Assembly (NCBI GenBank): GCA_035530555.1
Contig: DATKUR010000013.1
Location: 239 to 64,238, forward strand
Source: Candidatus Humimicrobiaceae bacterium
GTDB lineage: Bacteria; Patescibacteriota; Minisyncoccia; Minisyncoccales; DG-74-1
Reading direction: 5' to 3'
DNA: 64,000 nt
Shown one piece after another: positions 28,251 through 37,597 of this stretch. Under the pieces are notes generated by a model. That model did not search any database, was not told the origin of the DNA, and saw only the letters and a list, made by a program, of their open reading frames with translations. The position numbers and the translations under genes are program-made. Numbering within the stretch: the stretch's first letter is position 1; every line of letters starts with the position of its first letter.

Positions 28251-29393
28251 TTAGCGTTTACTGCAGGTATGGTTTCTATAAACCAAAATAAGCTTGAGGA
28301 ACTTAAAAATGTTTTTTCTTAAATTTGGCTTTGCTAAAAAATCTGGAAGGGCAGAAAGGCTTTTCAGATAAAAAATATCTTCCCCGGCTTTCTCTAGAAC
28401 CTCTCCAACTTCGTTCAGGCTTTTATTATCAAGTGAATACAAAACTTCCTGGGCTAGAAACAGTTTTTCATTAAAACAAGAAAGGAATTCAATTTTTGAA
28501 GGGTAAGAATCGACATCTTTGGAAAGAATACACTTGGCCGCCTGCTCTCCGGCGATCATGGCATTGCCAATTCCCCCACCCGTTATCGGATCAACCATAG
28601 CACCGGCATCGCCAACCAACAGCGCATTGTCTTTGACTAATTTTATGGATTTTTTCACCAGCGGAATTACGCCGCTGATATTTTTCAAAAAGCGGTAATT
28701 GCCCAAATCTTTTCTAATGGTGTTTTCCATAAAATCTTCAAGTTGTGCCCGAAGATTTATCTTTCTCCCAGAGCCCAAGCCGATATTAGCCGTATTTCTT
28801 GATTTTGGGAAAAACCAGGCATAACCTGAAGGGAATCTTTCTTGGTCAAAATAAAGTTTCATGGTATGACAATCCATTTCTTTTTCCACTTCAACCAAAT
28901 ATTGAAGACAGGGATAAATCGCTACTTTTTCTTGAAAAACCTTTCTTCTAATAATTGAAGCAGGGCCGTCTGCGCCAATAAGATATTTTGATTCAAACTC
29001 CTCACCGTCTTGGGTCTTAACCCTCCAAGTTTCACCTTCTTTCTTGACATCGGTTACTCTTTTTTGAAGACGAATTCTTGCCTGGCATTGGCTGGCTAAG
29101 AATTTTTCAAAATTTACCCTGTCTAAAATATAGCCCCCTTCTTTTGCCGAAAGATTGGCTGTTTTACCGTTTGGCAAAACTGCTTGACTCTTATCAACGG
29201 TAGTTGAAATCCAGTTTGGATCAGGTTTAATCCCAAGTCTGTCTAAAAAATATCTGGCTAATCCTTCGGCACACTGGACCGGCTTACCGATCTCCTCTTT
29301 CTGATCTAAGATCAAAGCATTGTTTAAGTATTTTCCGCAGACCAAACCGCCAGGACCGGCTCCAACAATGATTGTTTCAAAAAGACTTCCCAT
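28251..29393 (-). CDS. Geranylgeranyl reductase family flavoprotein
   Basis: 380 aa. N-terminal FAD motif IIVGAGPGGLVCG. GDAGAMVDPITGGGIGNAM is typical of GGR/digeranylgeranylglycerophospholipid reductases. Confidence 0.85.
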   Translation of the reverse strand: MGSLFETIIVGAGPGGLVCGKYLNNALILDQKEEIGKPVQCAEGLARYFLDRLGIKPDPNWISTTVDKSQAVLPNGKTANLSAKEGGYILDRVNFEKFLASQCQARIRLQKRVTDVKKEGETWRVKTQDGEEFESKYLIGADGPASIIRRKVFQEKVAIYPCLQYLVEVEKEMDCHTMKLYFDQERFPSGYAWFFPKSRNTANIGLGSGRKINLRAQLEDFMENTIRKDLGNYRFLKNISGVIPLVKKSIKLVKDNALLVGDAGAMVDPITGGGIGNAMIAGEQAAKCILSKDVDSYPSKIEFLSCFNEKLFLAQEVLYSLDNKSLNEVGEVLEKAGEDIFYLKSLSALPDFLAKPNLRKNIFKFLKLILVYRNHTCSKR

Positions 29394-29418
29394 ATAGTTT
29401 TATATAAAAAACACAATA

Positions 29419-30237
29419 TTACGAATAAATAGTTGCGAGAGATATCACAATATAAGAAAAAACCGCATAGGCATCAAAAATCCGATAATTCTTTTTAAAC
29501 ATAAGGAGTAAAAGAAAAAAAATAGTTAGAATAAGAAAGGGAAGTAAAAACTTTGAGAAAAAGAAAAAAAAGACTGGAAAAAGAACAAGAGGGTAGAAAA
29601 AGGCCAGGTATTTTAAAAGGTTTTCTGATTTTTTATAGCCAAGAAAGCAGACGGTAGTTTGCAGGCCAGCCCGGGAATCTGATTGATAGTCTTCTAAGTG
29701 GTTTCTTGTTTCCAGCATGGTTGATAAATAGAAAATAGAAAAAGCAATTAAATAGTGGGGGAGGGTCAGTTCTGGGCTAAAAATTAAGAAGGGGAAAATA
29801 AAAATTAAGGCTCCGGCAAAAAGACCATGAGAAATCAAGTCTAAAAAAGGCCTTGATTTCATTCTCAAAGGAGGGGCGGAATAAAAAAACCCGATCAAGC
29901 CGGCAATCAAAACGAACAAAAATATTTCTGTTCCAAAATAGCCCGACAAAAATAAAGCTAAAATGCCTGGCGAGACCGAAAGAAAAAAATTCTTCTTATT
30001 CTGAACCAAAAGACTCTTCACCTCTCTTTTTTCCCCGTCTTCCTTGATATCAAAGAAATTATTAACTGAAAACCCAAAGGCTAAAAGTAAAACACCGATG
30101 ATTGAGAAAAGTAAAATGTCCAAAAGAGGAAATAAAAAGCCTCGAGCAAGAATAAATCCTAAAATACCCAGCCCAAAATAAGCTCGCCAGTCTTTCATTC
30201 GATAATACTTAAAAAAAGACTTTAAATTAATTGACAT
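29419..30237 (-). CDS. UbiA-superfamily membrane prenyltransferase
   Basis: 272 aa, polytopic. Asp-rich motifs NNFFDIKED and NHLEDYQSD. Confidence 0.8.
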   Translation of the reverse strand: MSINLKSFFKYYRMKDWRAYFGLGILGFILARGFLFPLLDILLFSIIGVLLLAFGFSVNNFFDIKEDGEKREVKSLLVQNKKNFFLSVSPGILALFLSGYFGTEIFLFVLIAGLIGFFYSAPPLRMKSRPFLDLISHGLFAGALIFIFPFLIFSPELTLPHYLIAFSIFYLSTMLETRNHLEDYQSDSRAGLQTTVCFLGYKKSENLLKYLAFFYPLVLFPVFFFFFSKFLLPFLILTIFFLLLLMFKKNYRIFDAYAVFSYIVISLATIYS

Positions 30238-30977
30238 TAAATAGCTAAGCCGCCGTCGATATTAACCACTTCGCCAGTAATGAAGCCGGCCTCGTCTGAA
30301 GCTAGAAAGGCAACCAGACTGGCAACCTCTTCCGGTTTGCCAAGCCGCCCCAAGGAAGTCAATTTTAAAACCGCCTGCTTAACCTCTTGAGGTACTGTTT
30401 CTGTCAATTTTGATTCAATAAATCCTGGAGCTACGGCATTAACCCTTACCCCTAACTTCCCGACTTCTTTGGCTAAGGATTTGGTAAAACCAATAACGCC
30501 GGCTTTGGCGGCGGCATAATTCGTCTGACCGAAATTACCTCTTTGGCCTACCAGAGAAGAAATACTAATAATCTTCCCCTGGTTTTGAATGAGTAAGGGT
30601 AAGGCAGCTTTTGAGCAATTAAAAACTCCCGTTAAATCAACGTCAATCACTCTTTGCCATTCTTCTTTGGTCATTTTGGCTAAAGTTCGGTCAGCACAAA
30701 TTCCGGCATTATTTACCAAAACATCCAGCCGACCAAATTCTTTATGAATTTCCTGGGCCATTTCTTCTACTTCTTTCAGCTTTGAAACGTCAGCAAAAAA
30801 ATACCTTGCTTCTATTGCTTGCTTTTCAATTTCTTCCTTAACTTTCTTCAAGTTCTCTTCCTGGCTTTGAATATCGTTTAAGGCAATTTTCCCTCCCAAA
30901 GAAGCAAATTTTAAAGCAATGGCTCTGCCAATTCCCTGAGAAGCGCCGGTAATCAAAATAACTTTATCTTTGAACAT
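30237..30977 (-). CDS. fabG: 3-oxoacyl reductase (SDR, FabG-like)
   Basis: 246 aa. TGASQGIGRAIA, NNAG and YAAAKAG (YxxxK). Confidence 0.85.
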   Translation of the reverse strand: MFKDKVILITGASQGIGRAIALKFASLGGKIALNDIQSQEENLKKVKEEIEKQAIEARYFFADVSKLKEVEEMAQEIHKEFGRLDVLVNNAGICADRTLAKMTKEEWQRVIDVDLTGVFNCSKAALPLLIQNQGKIISISSLVGQRGNFGQTNYAAAKAGVIGFTKSLAKEVGKLGVRVNAVAPGFIESKLTETVPQEVKQAVLKLTSLGRLGKPEEVASLVAFLASDEAGFITGEVVNIDGGLAI

Positions 30978-31032
30978 CGAAATAAATTTATTTATTGAGA
31001 TGCGAAATGAATCAGAGATTCATTGAACATGT

Positions 31033-32130
31033 TTAATGTTTTTCAACTTCGTATTGAACTTCTTCAATTTTTCTGCCGACAATTGGAATATCCTCAATTT
31101 TAACTTTTTTAAGACATTCTGGCAATTTTTCTGTCATTGAAACTTCAGCGAAAATTCTATCTAAGTTTAAAGAATTGAAGCTGCTGAAAATTAAATTCAG
31201 ATGAGCGACAAATTGATCCGGTTTTTGAACCGATCGAGCCTCGGCAAGAGTAAAATATCGCGGCAAAACTTTATTCAAATTTTCGATAATTTCTTCTTCG
31301 GACCGCAAATACTTTAGGGCAAGGTAATTTTCCTTTTTCAAAAACTTTAAAATATTTTCGCTGGCTGAAGTTTTTCCAATTTTTAAAATCGGTAAGTTAA
31401 CAATTAAACCGGCTTTGAAAACTTCTTCTGAAATCTCAAAGACAAAGTCCCCTTCTCTTTTTTCAATAAAATTGGTTTTAGCTAGATCTAAGGGTAAGAT
31501 CTTATAATCCTGACAAACCTTGAGTAATTGGGATTTCTGAGCCGCGGCTTCAATAGGCACTTCATCAAAACTTTGACCGACAACCTTAATATTTTCTAAT
31601 TTTGTCCCCCGTTCCATTAAGTATTTAATAAAACTTTCTAAAAATTGAGGACTGGTGTTTTCGGCAAAATAAGGGTGTCTCGGCGAAACCAAGGTCGGTA
31701 AAATTAAGACTTTAGATGGTCGCTGAGGCAAAACCTCATCTCCCGCCTCGCCCTGCTTAATAGGGCTCAGCTTCTGGTTAATATCAATTCCGTCAATTAA
31801 TTCAAATGCTTTTTCTATTCCCTCTGAAATATCGTACTTTATTCGCCAAATAGCGACTGCGTTGTTATCGGCTGTTGTTTCAGTTTTAAACTCCTCACCG
31901 ATTTGGTATTCTCTGGTGCTTTTCCAAACCCACTTATTCCCGTTTTCATCTTCCAAAACCAAAACAAAATAGGGAATTTTAGGATGAAACGTCGTTGGAA
32001 TGGTTACCCTGGAAACTCCAATAACTTTAACCTTCTCGGACTTCATCTTCTCTAACACCGAAAAACACTCCGGACATTTTTCAATCGGATGCTGCCAAAC
32101 CCTTTGACATTTTGGACATTTATAAAACAT
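31033..32130 (-). CDS. Fusion protein: DUF35-type Zn-ribbon/OB-fold domain plus DUF362-like domain
   Basis: 365 aa. The N-terminus has CPKC...CPEC followed by an OB-like segment (VIGVSRVTIPTTFHPKIPYFVLVLEDENG), as in acyl-CoA-associated DUF35 proteins. The C-terminal roughly 250 aa (KVLILPTLVSPRHPYF...LIVNLPILKIG) resembles DUF362 as I recall that profile. Confidence 0.6.
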   Translation of the reverse strand: MFYKCPKCQRVWQHPIEKCPECFSVLEKMKSEKVKVIGVSRVTIPTTFHPKIPYFVLVLEDENGNKWVWKSTREYQIGEEFKTETTADNNAVAIWRIKYDISEGIEKAFELIDGIDINQKLSPIKQGEAGDEVLPQRPSKVLILPTLVSPRHPYFAENTSPQFLESFIKYLMERGTKLENIKVVGQSFDEVPIEAAAQKSQLLKVCQDYKILPLDLAKTNFIEKREGDFVFEISEEVFKAGLIVNLPILKIGKTSASENILKFLKKENYLALKYLRSEEEIIENLNKVLPRYFTLAEARSVQKPDQFVAHLNLIFSSFNSLNLDRIFAEVSMTEKLPECLKKVKIEDIPIVGRKIEEVQYEVEKH

Positions 32131-32133
32131 AGT

Positions 32134-33621
32134 TTAAGAGGAGTATTCCTCTGAAATTTTTCGGAAGTGAAATCCTTTAACGGCCATATCAATTATCATT
32201 GGAAAAAGTTTTGGTTTTTTAAAAAGGCTCCAAAAGAAAATTTTCCAATAATATAATCTTTCTTTCTCTTTTATCCCCAAAATCCAAACTGACCTTAAAA
32301 GGACCATGAATTGACTGAAATCAAATTTATAATTTCTCTTTTCTCTTGGTTTATATTCTTTCAAAAAATTCATTAATCTTAGATAATAATTTTTAGGAGA
32401 ATAGATATGGTTTATAACCATTTTATAGCCAGAGATTAAAGAATTAGAATTCATTTTAGGAACGAAATTAATGGTGCAATCTGTGTTACTGCCGGTAGGT
32501 TGAGAAATTAATCTTTTTTCTTTTTTTAGCCTTTCCCACAATTTTGTTTTCGGGGGAGCTTGCAAGAGCCCAACCATGGCTGTCGCTATCCCACTCTTTT
32601 GAATAAAAAGAATCATTCTGCCAAAAATTGAAGAAGTGTCTTGGTCAAAACCAATAATAAAACCTCCCTGGACTTGAAGGCCATGAATTTGAATAGTTCT
32701 AATTGACTCTAATAAATTTCGGTTTACATTTTGAAATTTTCCACATCCTTTCAAGCTTTCCTCATCAGGGCTTTCGATCCCAATAAAGACAGTGTTAAAG
32801 CCGGCTTTGACCATCAATTCCATTAATTTTTCATCATCAGCCAGATTAATTGAGACTTGGGTATTAAAAACAAAGGGGTATTTTTTTTCTTCCATCCAGG
32901 GAATTATGGCCGGTAAAATTTCTTTTTTTAGTTTTGTTCTATTCCCAATAAAATTATCATCAACGAAAAATACACTTCCCCGCCAGCCTCTCTCGTACAA
33001 CACATTTAATTCATTTAAAATCTGCTGCCTTTCTTTTATTCTAGGGATTCTGCCATTTAAAAAGACGATGTCGCAAAACTCACAATTGAAGGGACAACCT
33101 CTCGAAAGCTGAACACTCATTGAGGCATATTTTCTTAGACCAATAAGTTCCCAAAGGGGAACCGGTGTCTTGGTAATATCTGGATATTGACTAGAAGCAT
33201 AAATCTTCTTTGGAAAACCAGCTTCTAGATCTTTCAGAAAAAGAGGAAGGGTAGTCTCTGCTTCTCCAAGAACAAAATGATTAATCTTCTTCTCAAATTC
33301 TTCATACCCAGTGGTGAAAAGAGGACCGCCAGCAACAATTTTAGTACCGAATTTTTTGCATCTTTTAATAACATCTTCTACCGATTCTTTTTGAACAATC
33401 ATCGCCGAAATAAAGATAAAATCTGCCCACTGGAGGTCTTTATCGTTTAAATTTTCGATATTGAGGTCAACTAATTTTTTTCCCCAATCTTTGGGCAATA
33501 AAGCCGCTACTGTCAACAAACCTAAGGGTGGAAAAGCTGCTTTTTTCCCAATAAAAGGGAGAGCATATTTAAAGCTCCAAAAACTCTTAGGAAATTTTGG
33601 ATACAAAAGCAAAATTTTCAT
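32134..33621 (-). CDS. B12-binding (class B) radical SAM enzyme with DUF4070-like C-terminus
   Basis: N-terminal cobalamin-binding-like domain (MKILLLYPKF...PPLGLLTVAALL). CxxxCxxC cluster motif SRGCPFNCEFCDI. I prefer ATG 33621 over the track start at 33654. Confidence 0.85.
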   Translation of the reverse strand: MKILLLYPKFPKSFWSFKYALPFIGKKAAFPPLGLLTVAALLPKDWGKKLVDLNIENLNDKDLQWADFIFISAMIVQKESVEDVIKRCKKFGTKIVAGGPLFTTGYEEFEKKINHFVLGEAETTLPLFLKDLEAGFPKKIYASSQYPDITKTPVPLWELIGLRKYASMSVQLSRGCPFNCEFCDIVFLNGRIPRIKERQQILNELNVLYERGWRGSVFFVDDNFIGNRTKLKKEILPAIIPWMEEKKYPFVFNTQVSINLADDEKLMELMVKAGFNTVFIGIESPDEESLKGCGKFQNVNRNLLESIRTIQIHGLQVQGGFIIGFDQDTSSIFGRMILFIQKSGIATAMVGLLQAPPKTKLWERLKKEKRLISQPTGSNTDCTINFVPKMNSNSLISGYKMVINHIYSPKNYYLRLMNFLKEYKPREKRNYKFDFSQFMVLLRSVWILGIKEKERLYYWKIFFWSLFKKPKLFPMIIDMAVKGFHFRKISEEYSS

Positions 33622-34168
33622 ATGTTTTCTTTTTTTTGATAAAAAGTTTATCAAAAATAAATGAAAAAAATAAGCTAAAAGCGGGGGTAAAAATTAAAAC
33701 CGACGCTAACTGATTTTTCAAAAAAGGAAGGCCGGCAATGTAAGAAGTAATGAGCCCCTGGAAATTCATTGGATACATTCCGAAGGTTAACCACCAACCG
33801 AAATTCGTCCAAAGATAGAAAAATAAAACTGAAAGAATTCCTCCGCCGCTAATTTTCAAAAAATAATGCCTTGAGTCTCTCTTAAAAAAGATGCCAAAAA
33901 TGCCAATTAAAACGAAGACTGACCAGGTGAAAAAATAAACCGAGACGTTGCCAAAATAGAAATCCGAAAGAAAAATTATCAAAAGAGGAATAAGGGGAGC
34001 AAAAAAACCGCCCAAAAAAGAGCTCGAAAGCAAAGAAATAGCGGTCACCGCTTCAAGATTGGGGATACCAACTACTTTATTAAGAAAAATTTGTAAAACT
34101 ACCCCAAAAAGGATAACAAAAATTGCAAATAAAATCTTTTTTTTCGTCGGGGCTTGAAAAATTCCCAT
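33587..34168 (-). CDS. Polytopic membrane protein of unknown function
   Basis: 193 aa with about 5-6 hydrophobic helices. It overlaps the downstream radical SAM gene, so the two are probably co-transcribed. Confidence 0.6.
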   Translation of the reverse strand: MGIFQAPTKKKILFAIFVILFGVVLQIFLNKVVGIPNLEAVTAISLLSSSFLGGFFAPLIPLLIIFLSDFYFGNVSVYFFTWSVFVLIGIFGIFFKRDSRHYFLKISGGGILSVLFFYLWTNFGWWLTFGMYPMNFQGLITSYIAGLPFLKNQLASVLIFTPAFSLFFSFIFDKLFIKKKKTYENFAFVSKIS

Positions 34169-34191
34169 AAAAATTCTAAATTAAGGATACA

Positions 34192-34689
34192 ATGGAAACT
34201 TATTTTTTGCCAAGGGAGATGAGGTCGGAATTAAGAAAAATTTGGGGCATTCCTCTTTTTAATGGGAAAAAAAAGGTTCTTAATAAATTTCAGCAGTTTG
34301 CCCAAAAAAAGAGATTTAAAAAGGTAATTACCGTAGGCGATTATTGTTCTCTTACTTTACCTTCTGATATTAAAATTTTTGACGGAAAAATAAAGAGGGG
34401 GAAAGTAAGAAAGCTGCCAAAGTTCTCTCTTTATTGTAGCAATCCGCCAGGAACCATTCAAAAGGGAGTCTGGCTGATTATTAAAAAAGCGATTCAAAAT
34501 AAGGAAAATATTTTTATTGAGGGAGAAGAAGATCTTTTGGTTATCCCTACGGTCTTGCTTTCAGAAAAAAATACGGCTGTAATCTATGGCTTCCCCGATA
34601 AGGGAGTTTGTTTGATTGAAGTTTCGCCCCGCGTAAAAAAAACTTTTAAAGAACTCCTTAAGAAGTTTTCCTTAAAATGTGGCAAGTGA
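34192..34689 (+). CDS. DUF359-family protein, probable archaeal-type GTP-dependent dephospho-CoA kinase
   Basis: 165 aa. Family-like motifs VITVGDYCS, FDGKIKRG, NPPGTIQ, IEGEEDLLVIPTVLL and VIYGFPDKGVCLIEV. AAGGA SD lies 7 nt upstream of the ATG. Confidence 0.7.
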   Translation: METYFLPREMRSELRKIWGIPLFNGKKKVLNKFQQFAQKKRFKKVITVGDYCSLTLPSDIKIFDGKIKRGKVRKLPKFSLYCSNPPGTIQKGVWLIIKKAIQNKENIFIEGEEDLLVIPTVLLSEKNTAVIYGFPDKGVCLIEVSPRVKKTFKELLKKFSLKCGK

Positions 34690-35788
34690 CGCTTCCGCCG
34701 GTTCCGCCAACGTTATGGCAGAGGCCGATTTTAGGATTACCTTTAACTTGCCGCTTGCCGCATTCTCCCCTTAATTGATTAACGATCTCGTAAACTTGGG
34801 CTAATCCGGTGGCAGAGATCGGATGACCCTTAGCTTTTAAACCGCCGGAAGGGTTAACCGGCAACCGGCCGTCCAAATTAACCTTTCCTTGCCGGATTAA
34901 TTCTGCTCCTTTCCCGCTTTCGGCAAAACCCAAGTCTTCATAAGAGAATAATTCAACCGAAGTAAAGGCGTCGTGAATTTCAGCCACTTGAATATCTTCC
35001 GGCTTTATTTTAGCTTCTTTGTACGCCTGCTCGGCCGCCAACTCAGTCGCCTGGAAATGCCAAGGCTCTTTTCTGTTAAAGGTTAAAAGATAATCAGTAG
35101 CGAAACCAGAACCTAAAACTTCGATGTCAGTTTTTTCTTTTGTTAAAATTGCTGCGGCCCCTCCGTTGACCGATAAAGAGCAATCCATTAAACGAAAGGG
35201 AGAAGCAACAACTGGCGATTTCTTAATTTCTTCTAAAGAAACTTTCCTTTGATAGTAATAAGCCTTAGGGTTTAAGGCAGCGTTTTGGTGGTTTTTATAA
35301 GCAATCAAGGCCAAATCATCCATAGTGGCGCCATATTTCAGCATATATTGCTGCCAGACTAGGGCATTTTGAACCGGAAATAGAGTACCTTCTGGCTGCT
35401 CAATTACTCTCTCGGTGGCTGATAATATCCAATGAGCAGTCACCTCACCTTTGTTGTCAACTAGCTTTTCACCGGAAACAATTAAAATGTTATTAAACTT
35501 TTCCAGTTGTAAAGCCGTCCAGAGAGCCACTCCACCACCGGCACAAACCGAGGGTGTTTCAATGATCGGGACATTTGTCTTAAATAAATCAGCCAGAAAG
35601 GAAACCTTATGAGTCTGATGTTCGCTAAAACCTTCGGCGCTGGAAATACTGGTTAAAACAATTGCCTCAATCTGAGAAATCCTCATTTTGGCGCCTTCTA
35701 AGGCCTCAAGAGCGGCGACAGTTGCGAACTGCCACCAGGGTTCTTGAGAATAATCAAATTTTGTCATCCCTACTCCTTTGATATACAT
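34658..35788 (-). CDS. Thiolase-like acetyl-CoA acetyltransferase (archaeal/SCP-x type)
   Basis: 376 aa. Nucleophile context TPSVCAGGGVAL. C-terminal GLCHNVGGTGGS. Confidence 0.85.
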   Translation of the reverse strand: MYIKGVGMTKFDYSQEPWWQFATVAALEALEGAKMRISQIEAIVLTSISSAEGFSEHQTHKVSFLADLFKTNVPIIETPSVCAGGGVALWTALQLEKFNNILIVSGEKLVDNKGEVTAHWILSATERVIEQPEGTLFPVQNALVWQQYMLKYGATMDDLALIAYKNHQNAALNPKAYYYQRKVSLEEIKKSPVVASPFRLMDCSLSVNGGAAAILTKEKTDIEVLGSGFATDYLLTFNRKEPWHFQATELAAEQAYKEAKIKPEDIQVAEIHDAFTSVELFSYEDLGFAESGKGAELIRQGKVNLDGRLPVNPSGGLKAKGHPISATGLAQVYEIVNQLRGECGKRQVKGNPKIGLCHNVGGTGGSVTCHILRKTS

Positions 35789-35803
35789 ATATATAGCTTA
35801 GTA

Positions 35804-37597
35804 TTATAAGGACGTCCATCCGCTAATTAAAGTCCCGGGGCCCGTATGAGTACATATTACGGGCGAGGCTAAACCAATAAAGGGCACCTCAGCTTTTATT
35901 TCTTTCAACATCTGTCTTAGTTTCTCTGCTCCTTCTGGATTATCGGCATGTTGGATTATAACTCTAATTTTTTTCCCTTCTGATCTGACCTTTCGGCTTT
36001 CTTTTGAGATTTTTTTAAAAAGTGCTTCAGCCATATCTTTAGCAAAAGCTATTCCTCCCTCAGTTACTGCCCCATTTTTGATAGTTATTAAAGGATGAAG
36101 ATTTATTCTTTTTATTCTTCTTATCCAATTTGCCTGGGATTTGCTGGCTCTACCGCCAGCTTCTATCCATTTAGGGTCCTCAAAAATGACGTGGAGATGA
36201 GTCTGAGGAATCATTTTTTTTAACTCATCTAGAATATCATTAATCTCTCTTTGCCCTTGAATCATCTCAATAGCTTTCAAAACCAAGAGAGTTTGACTGG
36301 CCGCAGCCTGTAAAGAATCTAAAACATAAACTTTTTCCTTTTCCTCTTTCTCTAGCATTTCCCTCGCCTGGCAGGCCGAATTATAACAGCCAGAAACTTT
36401 GGAGGTTATGCTCAAACATAAAACCTTTTCAAACTTTCCTAACTGTTTTTTAAAAGCCGCCAAATAAAATTTTGGGGCAGGCTGAGAAGTCTTCGGAAAA
36501 GTTTTAATCTTTTGCCTATCAGCTTCTCTCATTTTTTGAAAAATATCTTCTCCGGGCAAATTCTCTCCCTCTGGCCAGTTAACAATGACATCAACTGTTT
36601 CAACCTGATATCTTTCTAAAACCTTCTCGGGCAATAAAACAATATTTCCTTCGGTAACAACGCCAATGGAAACTTTTCTGACTGATTCCTCGCCGGCCAC
36701 CTCTTTGGCCATATCTTCAAATCTTAAGTCTTGAATTTGCCCCATATTTCTTATTAGCTTTTTTACTTCATCGGGATAGTCCGTATGGATATGAACCTTG
36801 GCTTTGCTGCCAATCTGGACAATATCTATGGAATTACCTAGTTTCTTTAATTTTTCCTTGATCTCTTCTTCTCCAAACCTAGGGTTCTTGACCAAGGCAA
36901 TAATTTCGTAACGATGGGATAAAACCTGAACAAACCTCTTGATTTTTTCTGAGGGCCTTTCTTCTTTTTTTCTTTCTTTTCTTTCGCCCTCCAGGGCATC
37001 CAAATAACTTTCCAGAATTATTAAAAAACCCAAACCCCCGGCATCAACCACGTTGGCCTTTCTGAAAATTTCCATCTTCTCCCGGGTAGCCAAAAGAGCT
37101 TCTCTGGCTTTTTCGGTAGCTGTTTTTAAGATTTTGGTGATATTTTTTTCTTTTTCTGCTTCCTTCTTAAAGGTTAAAGCTGTTGCGTCAATAACGTCTA
37201 AAATTGTTCCTTCTTTAGGGCTTTGGATAGATCGCCGGGCCCGTTCAGCTCCTCCCTCAAAGGCAATAGATAGTTTTTTGGCATCAACCGGGTTTTTATC
37301 AAGTAAAGGCAGAAAACTGGCTAAAAAACCGACGTAAATCACGCCGGCATTGCCCTGGGCAGTAGTTAAAGCTCCATCCAAGGCTGCCTCAGAAACTTCT
37401 TTTAAATCTTTAAAGTCCTTTTTATCAATGGCTTCTTTTATCCCTGATAAGGTTTTAGCCAGATTGCTTCCGGTATCTTGGTCCGGAACAGGAAAGACGT
37501 TTATTTTATTGATCTGCTCTTTGTTCTTTTCAATCTTCTCATAGGACAAAAGGAGCATCTTCTTTAGTTCAGCTTGGCTAAGGTATTCCATGGCCAA
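35804..37597 (-). CDS. DhaL/DAK2 (FakA-type kinase) domain fused to a full DegV (FakB-type) domain
   Basis: 597 aa. The N-terminus has FPVPDQDTGSNLAKTL and AQGNAGVIYV (DAK2). Residues from about 310 to the end align throughout with the DegV at 40255..41133 (FQKMREA, KTSQPAPK, YNSACQA, DPKWIE, GKKIRV, GPGTLISG). Confidence 0.85.
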   Translation of the reverse strand: MAMEYLSQAELKKMLLLSYEKIEKNKEQINKINVFPVPDQDTGSNLAKTLSGIKEAIDKKDFKDLKEVSEAALDGALTTAQGNAGVIYVGFLASFLPLLDKNPVDAKKLSIAFEGGAERARRSIQSPKEGTILDVIDATALTFKKEAEKEKNITKILKTATEKAREALLATREKMEIFRKANVVDAGGLGFLIILESYLDALEGERKERKKEERPSEKIKRFVQVLSHRYEIIALVKNPRFGEEEIKEKLKKLGNSIDIVQIGSKAKVHIHTDYPDEVKKLIRNMGQIQDLRFEDMAKEVAGEESVRKVSIGVVTEGNIVLLPEKVLERYQVETVDVIVNWPEGENLPGEDIFQKMREADRQKIKTFPKTSQPAPKFYLAAFKKQLGKFEKVLCLSITSKVSGCYNSACQAREMLEKEEKEKVYVLDSLQAAASQTLLVLKAIEMIQGQREINDILDELKKMIPQTHLHVIFEDPKWIEAGGRASKSQANWIRRIKRINLHPLITIKNGAVTEGGIAFAKDMAEALFKKISKESRKVRSEGKKIRVIIQHADNPEGAEKLRQMLKEIKAEVPFIGLASPVICTHTGPGTLISGWTSL

